This document shows, one piece after another, positions 53,301 through 62,300 of a stretch of 64,000 nt of DNA. Source of the DNA: an uncultured Gammaproteobacteria bacterium. Lineage in GTDB: Bacteria > Patescibacteriota > Microgenomatia > UBA8517. Positions within the stretch are counted from its first letter, which is position 1. Each line of letters starts with the position of its first letter. Where the stretch lies: the NCBI GenBank assembly GCA_964600575.1, contig CAZRJH010000004.1, forward strand, positions 70,711 through 134,710, in the 5' to 3' direction. The notes beneath the pieces were generated by a model. That model did not search any database. It was not told the origin of the DNA and worked only from the letters and a program-made list of their open reading frames with translations. A program made the position numbers and the translations under genes.

Positions 53301-56300
53301 GTTACAGGAAAAGCTTTAGTTAGGATTGACGAAACAGGTGATCAAAATCTTTTTGTAGCTTCGGCCTCGGGGGTTACTAAATTTACAATAGATAGGTCGG
53401 GCAATGTAGTTGCTTCCGGGACAATTGCGGCATCAAATTTTTCGGGATCCAGTAGCGGCACAAACACAGGCGACCAAACAATTACTCTTACGGGCGATGT
53501 AACAGGAACAGGAACGGGCTCTTTTGCAACAACAATTGCTGCTAACTCGGTGGCACTAACAACTGACACAACAGGAAATTATGTTGCAACCGGAGCGTCC
53601 GGAAACGGAGTTTCGTTAACCGGCGGCGGGTCCGAAGGTGCAACTTTAACAGCCAACTTAGGTTCTTTAACCGGAGATTGGGATCAGACTGGGGCATTTG
53701 ATATAGCACTCAATAACTCTTCTTCTGAATTAAAAATTCTGGAATCCGGGTCAACTCCCACTCTTTATGGTATTTTTGACATCGGAGATTTGAGTTCGAC
53801 AGATTCTACTTATACTTTCTCCGGAGGATCCGGGAATGTTCTTACGACAGCTAACTACACAGGCACTCTTGACTCGGTGTATGTAAACGTTGCCGAATCT
53901 CCTGCAGCTGGAGATGTTGCTGGCAGCTTCTCGGGAGGACTTACTTTAAATTCAAACACAGTTGATGACTCCGAACTTGTGGACTCGCTTACATATACAG
54001 GTGCTTTTTCTGTAGGCAACCTTACGATTTCGGACACAAACATCCCCTTAACCGGATCTTCTTTAACTTTTGATTTTAACAATGCAAGCGATAGGACTTT
54101 GACAATTGCCAATGCAGGCGCAGGAACGGCAAATTTGTCTGTTGACGGCACAATTGCAGCCAGTAATTTCTCCGGCTCCAGTAGCGGAACAAACACAGGA
54201 GATCAAACTATTACTTTAACTGGAGATGTCACCGGGTCGGGAACAGGATCTTTTGCAACAACAATTGCCGCTAATTCAGTTGCGCTAACTACCGATACGA
54301 CGGGTAACTATGTACAAAGTCTAGCAAATGGTAATGGAATAACCGGTGCGGACGGCGGAGGAGAAGGTTCTGCTTTAACTTTGGCAGTGGATCAAACTTT
54401 CGGATTTACATTAACAGGAAATAACACTTTCTCACCAAGCTCAACCAATGATCTTACAATTAATACCGATGCAGACTCAACTTTGGCTCAAGTATTTTCT
54501 AGCTCAACAAACAATACAAGTTCAAATACTGTTTCTTTGACCAACTCTGCCTCAAGCGGAACGATTGCAGTTAAAGGCTTAGATTTTACATTTACGGGAA
54601 CAGACAATGCGGGCGGTGCAAACACAATCACAGGCATTAATTTCGCAAACGCAACTGCCCATACAAATAATACTTATAACGGGCTCACATTCGGTACTGG
54701 TTACACAAACTTTTTAACAAGTGGAACTATTGATATTTCTGCAGATGGAACAATAACTGGTTCAACAATTGCAGCAGGAAGTAACACAATAACAGGACTT
54801 ACAAATTCAAATCTTTCTGGAAGCGCAGGAATCACAAACGCCAACTTGGCGAATAGTTCAGTAACGATAAACTCAAGCGGAATATTAACAGGCGGCGGAT
54901 CAGTTTCTTTGGGAGGAAATATAACATTAACTGCAACAGAAGCAGACACATTAGCCAGCGTAACAGGAAGAGGAGCAACAACTTCTACTGCATTAACACT
55001 ATCTAACGCATCAAACAGTATCACTGCAGGAACTTTGACGGCAACAGGTGGAACTATAAACGGAACAGTGATTGGCGGTTCAACACCTGCTGCTGCAACA
55101 TTTACAACTCTAAATTCTAACGGGGATACAACTTTGGGAGACGCAATAACAGACAACATTACATTTACAGGCCGTGTTGCACAGGATTCTGACCTTTTGC
55201 CTATAACAACAACAGGAACAAACGATTTGGGAAGCGGGTCTCTGCCCTGGGACAACATTTATGCAAATGCCATAACTCAAAATGGAAATCTGGTCTGTGA
55301 TGCAAGCGGCGCCAACTGCCCTGCGGGTGCAGGTTATTGGGCGCAGGCAAACGGGGCAATCAACCCAACAAACAATTCAGTTGATTTGTTGATTGGTGGA
55401 AATGCGACAACTTCTGCCAAGTTCGCTTTCCAAAATGTTCTTACAGGCACTCCCACTGCAAGTATTTCCGGCACAACTGCAAATGTTTCAACATTTTTAA
55501 CAGGTGAAGGAAATCTGGCAACTACAAACATGCAACCTTTAACAATTGGTGGATCTACAACAGGTTCGGTTCAAATTAACCCCAAGGGATCCGTAGGACT
55601 ATTTGTAAATGGTGGCGGGTCGGTAGGGGTAGGATCAACATCTGTCACCTCGGGTTACCTTTTGGATGTTGCAGGGAATATTAGATCTTCTAATCAAGTC
55701 TTTGGAGATGGTGGTTCGTTTGTGTCATTTAATGCGGCAGGCGCATATTTGGGAGACACCAACTACGCAGCAGGCGGAGGGATTGGTTATGGTGCAAGCA
55801 AAACTCAAATTTGGGCAGGGAGCGGGTTCCCACTCACATTTGGAACCGCCGGAACTGAATACATGAGGTTGAGTTCAAATGGTGGTTTGTCGTTGGGGGC
55901 TTCGTATTTAACCACCGACGCTGGTGCTGGGAATATGATAGTTACAGGTACGGCTGGTTTTGGAACATCGGGACCTGATGCAAAAGTTGATTCTCTGTCA
56001 ACCTCAGGTGAACAATTAAGGCTAACCTATACAGATGGGTCGGTTTATGCAGGCTTTACAGTTGGTAGTGGGGGTGACTTAACGATTGCACCATCTGGTG
56101 GTGACACAAATGTTACAGGTAATTTGGCAGCAACAGGCACAGTAACCGGATCCAACTTAAGCGGTACCAACACAGGTGACCAGACAATTACCCTTACTGG
56201 TGATGTGACAGGAACAGGAACAGGCTCTTTTGCAACAACGATTGCCGCTAATTCAGTTGCATTAACAACAGATACAACGGGTAATTATGTACAAACGTTA

Positions 56301-59300
56301 ACCAACGGCGCGGGTATTTCCGGTGCGGACGGCGGAGGAGAGGGATCTGCCTTAACTTTGGCGGTAGATCAAGGATTTTCACCCACTTGGACAGGTAGCC
56401 AAACATTTAGCCCGGGTTTAACGAATGCAATTGATATTAACTTGGACTCCGATTCGTTACTAACAATAGATCAGAGTTTTACAGGAACAACAACCGCCAA
56501 TAGCTCCACTCTAACGCTGACAAATACAAGTTCCAGCGGAACACAAAACGGTTTGTACGTAGACAATGCCGCTTCAAGCGGAGTAACAGAATCACTCTTG
56601 GTTCTTGATAATTCTGATACCGATACAGCTGTAACAAACGGAATACAATTTGTTGACGCAGGTGGCACGTTTACCAACCTCTTTAATGTCGCAGGTACAC
56701 TTATAAGCTCTTCCGAATTTACGATCTTGGACGGTGGAATTGCACTATCCGAACTTACAGATAGCGGAACTCTAACTGCAGGAACGGTTGATATCAACGG
56801 CGGTGCAATTGACGGTACAACAATCGGGGGCACCTCTGCAGCCGCCGGAACGTTCACAAACCTTACTGCAACAGGAGACGTGACAATGAATGATTCATCT
56901 GCTGACACGATTCTTATTGGACAAAGCGGAGCCACAGATGACACTGTAACAATTGCGGGTAATATTTCTTTGACAGATGACCAATGGTCTATTTCTGCAA
57001 CTGGGGTGGCAACTGGAATAACCGGTATTACCGCCGATAGCGTTTCCTTTGCTAATGTAACTGGCGCAACTAATACTAATACTTTGGTAATTGGTTCGGG
57101 AGGGTCTTTGGCTACAAGCGGAACAGGAACAATTACGGCAACCGACCTAAGTTGTGCCGATTGTATTGGAGGGACAGAAATTGCAGATCTTACACTTGGA
57201 ACGGATACGGCAGGTAATTATGTGGCTTCCGTTGCAACCTCAACCGGGTTAACAGGTGGTGCAGGAGGGTCGGAAGGTGCCGGTTTAACACTTTCTATCG
57301 ATCAAAGCTCATCTTTGACATGGACGGGTAATACTGCATTTAGTCCTTCTTCTACAAACGATCTAACTGTTAATACTGATGCTGATTCAACATTGGCTCA
57401 GGTGTTTTCCAGCGGTACCAACAATACGAGTTCGGAGACGATTTCTTTAACCAACTCTGCATCAAGCGGAACAATTGCAGTTAAAGGTTTGGACTTTACA
57501 TTTACAGGCACAGACAATGCGGGTGGTGCAAATACAATCACAGGCATTAACTTTGGTAATGCAACAGCCCACACAAATAATACTTATAACGGACTTACAT
57601 TTGGAACAGGATATACAAACTTTTTGACTAGCGGAACAATTAATATAGCAGCAGGCGGCACTATAACAGGTGCAACATTGGCCGCGGGAAGTAACACGAT
57701 TTCTGGACTTACAAACTCCAACTTATCAGGATCTGCGGGAATCACAAATGCCAACTTGGCAAATAGTTCAGTAACGATAAACTCAAGCGGAATATTAACA
57801 GGTGGCGGATCGGTGTCTTTGGGTGGAACCCTCAATTTAACTGCAACAGAGGCCGATACTTTGGCAAGCGTTACAGGCCGGGGGGCAACAACATCAACAG
57901 GAATTACACTGTCTTCCGCAAGTCCGCTCACACTAAGTAATTCCGCTCCGGTTATTACTTTGGGTGCGGGGGATGCAAACGGAACTCTTACCATCAAAGA
58001 TAGCGCAGGTTCCCCTAATACCTTATTAACACTCACCGATACAGGAACTGTGGGCAACTTAGCGGCAACAGGAACGGTAACCGGATCCAACCTAAGCGGC
58101 ACCAATACAGGCGACCAAACAATTACCCTTACTGGTGATGTGACAGGAACAGGAACAGGCTCTTTTACAACAACAATTGCTGCCAACTCGGTAGCATTAA
58201 CAACAGATACAACAGGTAACTATGTACAATCGTTAACCAATGGCGCGGGTATTTCCGGTGCAGACGGCGGCGGGGAAGGTTCAACTCTTACGCTCGCGGT
58301 TGATCAAGCCTTTAGTCCAACATGGACAGGTGGCCAGACATTCACCCCGGGTAGCACGAATGGTATAGATATTAATTTAGATAACGATAGCTTGCTTACA
58401 ATCGATCAATCATTTTCCGGCACGACAACTGCAAATAGTTTAGCCTTAACTCTTACAAATACCAGCTCTTCTGGAACCCAGAACGGATTATATTTGGATA
58501 ATGCTGCAAGTAGCGGTGTCACAGAATCACTTTTAGTTTTAGATAACTCTGATACAGATACCGCAGTGACAAATGCCATCCAATTTGTGGACGCGGGTGG
58601 GACATTTACAAACCTATTTAATGTCGCGGGCACTCTAATAAGCTCATCTGAATTCACGATCTTGGATGGCGGGATAATACTTTCCGAACTCACAGACAGC
58701 GGAACATTGACGGCAGGTACGGTTGATATAAACGGTGGAGCTATCGATGGAACTACAATTGGTGGTACTTCAGCAGCGTCCGGTACATTTACAACATTAA
58801 CCTCGACAGGAACGGTTGACATTTCAAGTGACTCGGGTGCTGACACAATCACAATAGGACAAAGCGGAACAACCGATGACACTGTTACGATAGCGGGAAA
58901 CATTTCTTTAACGGATGATCAATGGAGCATTGGTGCTACCGGAGTTGGTGCTTTTGTAAGCGGAACAACAATCGGTTCTCAGACATTTACAACCAACAAC
59001 ATAGCTGATTCCGGAGCGTTAACAATTAAATCTGCCTCGGGTGCAAATGCATTAACTTTGGACTCCGGCACAACAGGAAATGTTAACTTGGGTACAAGTA
59101 ACAATGCAAAGACAATCGCAATTGGAACGGGTAATGCCGGAAATACTATAAATGTAGGAACTGACAATACAGTTTCTGACACAATTAATATTGGAAGTGC
59201 CTTGGATAATGTTTCCATTACAGGTGATCAATGGAGCATAACCGATGCCGGAGTTTTGACTGTTGCCAGTTGTACAGGCTGTGGAGGCGGGGGTGGAACA

Positions 59301-62300
59301 CTGCAACAGGCTTACGATGCCAGTAGCGGCAACACAATTCTTACAACAACAGGGCGAAACATTGCATTTACTTTAGGTGAAGTTGCATCACCTACATCAT
59401 TAACTTTAACGAACCAGGATACTGCCGGTGTAACTGCCTTAGCCTTAACAAATTCAATAACCTCAGGAACCCTTACAAATGGTATTTTAATAGATCAAAC
59501 AGGTGCAGGAACGCTTACATCCGCGCTTAAAATAGTTGAGTCTGCAGGAACTATAACCGACGGAATTGTTATTTCCGGCACACTTTCTAATATACTTAAT
59601 TCGGATTCGATCGATATAACGGGCGCGGGTGCCATAACAGGTGCAACGGGCATTTCTACAACTACACTAACCTCGACCGGAACATCAAATATCGGCAGCA
59701 ACTCAGGTGCGGTTACTTTGGATTCTACGGGCACAATAACTCTTAACGATGCTATCGTTTCGGTTGCCAATCAAGCCACCGATTTTGACATAATCGACAA
59801 TACGACCAATGCCTTTACTGTTTCCGAGGGTTCAAACAATTATATTTCCTTGTCTACAAACAACGGTGCACCCGTTGTAACCATAGACACTTTGGAAAAT
59901 GGCGGAACAATGAATTTTGGTTCGAGCAACTTCTCAAGGACTGTGAATATTGGTACAGGCACTGCCGCCGACACCGTAAACATCGCAACAGGTGGAACTA
60001 CGGCAGACGCAGTTACAGTTGGTAACACGGGAGTTGCAACTACATTTACATTTAACTCGGGTGCAACAACTCAATCTCCGGTTGTGTTTAATCTTGATGC
60101 ATTAACTCAAGGAACAGGAGTCGATCTATCTTTGGACGGACTAACAACAGGCTTGGGTCTAAAAGTGGACGACAATACGGGAGCAGGTCTTTCTACGGGA
60201 AGCTTGGTATATGTAAATTCCGTATCAACCGCTCTAACATCCCCAACAAACGGCGGAAGTTTAGCTTACTTTAACTGGAATCCTGCAAGCACAACAAATG
60301 CAACGGGTGATTTGGTAAGAATAAACATAGGATCAAACGGAAATGTTGCAAACTTATTTAATGTTACCGACAATGGCACATCTTTGTTTAGAGTTTCCGA
60401 AAGTCAAATAGAATCAGCCGTGCCACATTCATTTAGTGCGGTGGGAGATGTTTCCATTGCATACGACTTGATATTGTCCAATCAAACCTCATCTAACATA
60501 AAAGCCAAAGGACCTCTGACAATCGACGGCGGAGAACTTTTTGAATCGAACGATTTAACTCTTAAAACATACAACGCCGGAGATACGATAATTACGAATG
60601 GTACAAGCGGAAATATCGCAGCCTTTGGTTTTGATGCTATTGCGGGTGCATCCGGCAATTTCTTTAGCGTCAACCCGACACTTACAGCAATGGACGGATC
60701 CGATACAGTTAGGGGTGTTTATGTAAACTTGACGAATGCTAATCACACAGGTGCCAGCAACACCCTTAATTTAGTTGATATCGGCGCTATAACGGGTGAT
60801 GCCGAGTCCACTCTTAACGCTATCAATATCGGTGCCCTCACAGGAACTGCGGCCACAGAAACTGCAATAAACGTAGGATCTGGATGGGACACAATTCTTA
60901 GCGGAACAACTGCTGGTACAAATATATTCTCATTTACAAACGCAACCCTTACCTCAGGCGGCGCACTTACTGTCACATCTTGTTCGGGTTGTGGAGGCGG
61001 GGGTGGTGCGCTTGATACATTAACAGCAGCAACGGGTGACGATGCGGCATTGTTGTCTGCGGATAACACAATCGAATGGAATTGGGCACTCACATCCGCC
61101 ACTTCTAAAGGCATAACACTTGGCGAGAGCGCCGCTTCTACCGGAGGATCGGGAGATCAACATATTCTTAGACTTGATACAGCATCGGGTTCAACGGCCG
61201 GTCCTCTGGAGATAGTTTCCAACAGTGCAGACAGTGGTGATGTAGAAATTAATCTTAATTCTTCAGGTGATTTCGAAGTTCAGGATGCAGGTACAGCCTT
61301 TGCAACTTTTGCCGACGACGGAACAATTACTCTTGGCAAATCGGCCGCTGCCTCTACTGTAAATATCGGAACAGGAACGGGAATAGACACTATAAACATT
61401 GGAACAGGTGCAACGGCGGCAGACGCTTTAACATTTGGCAATACAGGAGTTGCAACTACATTTACATTTAACTCGGGAGCAACAACTCAATCTCCGGTTG
61501 TGTTTAATCTTGATGCATTAACTCAAGGAACAGGAGTCGATCTATCTTTGGACGGACTAACAACAGGCTTGGGTCTAAAAGTGGACGACAATACGGGAGC
61601 AGGTCTTTCTACGGGAAGCTTGGTATATGTAAATTCCGTATCAACCGCTCTAACATCCCCAACAAACGGCGGAAGTTTAGCCTACTTTAACTGGAATCCT
61701 GCAAGCACCACAAACGCTACGGGTGATTTATTCAGAATAAACATTGGCTCCAGCGGAAATACTTCGGGATATTTGTTTAATATTACCGATAACGGATCGT
61801 CACTCTTTGCAGTATCGGAAAATCAAATCGTATCTGCCTTGCCTCATAACTTTACCGCGGCTGGAGATGTTTCGGTTGCTTATGACTTAGTTTTCAGCAA
61901 TCAAACATCCTCCTTGATTGATAGTTACGGACCTTTAACAATTAGGGCGGGTGAGAGCTTTGAAAACAACAACCTAACGCTTACAACATTTGGCACGGGG
62001 GCAATAATTGCAGATACCAAGTTTTCTTTTGACTCGCAGTTGACCCTGCCGGATAATACAACACCTTCCGTAACCTCGGGAAATCACTATATCGAAGCCA
62101 ATTCGACAAACAGACTTATCACAAACTTCACAAACGGCACTTCGGGTCAGGTTATATTTATCGAAATTGGTACTGCCAACTTTGACCTTGACTGTACAAC
62201 ATCGAACATTAATTGTGGAACTACGGATATGACCGGTTTTGCGGCTGGTGACCAGGTAATGCTTATTTACGACGGAACAAATTGGAACCTCCTGGGTTGG

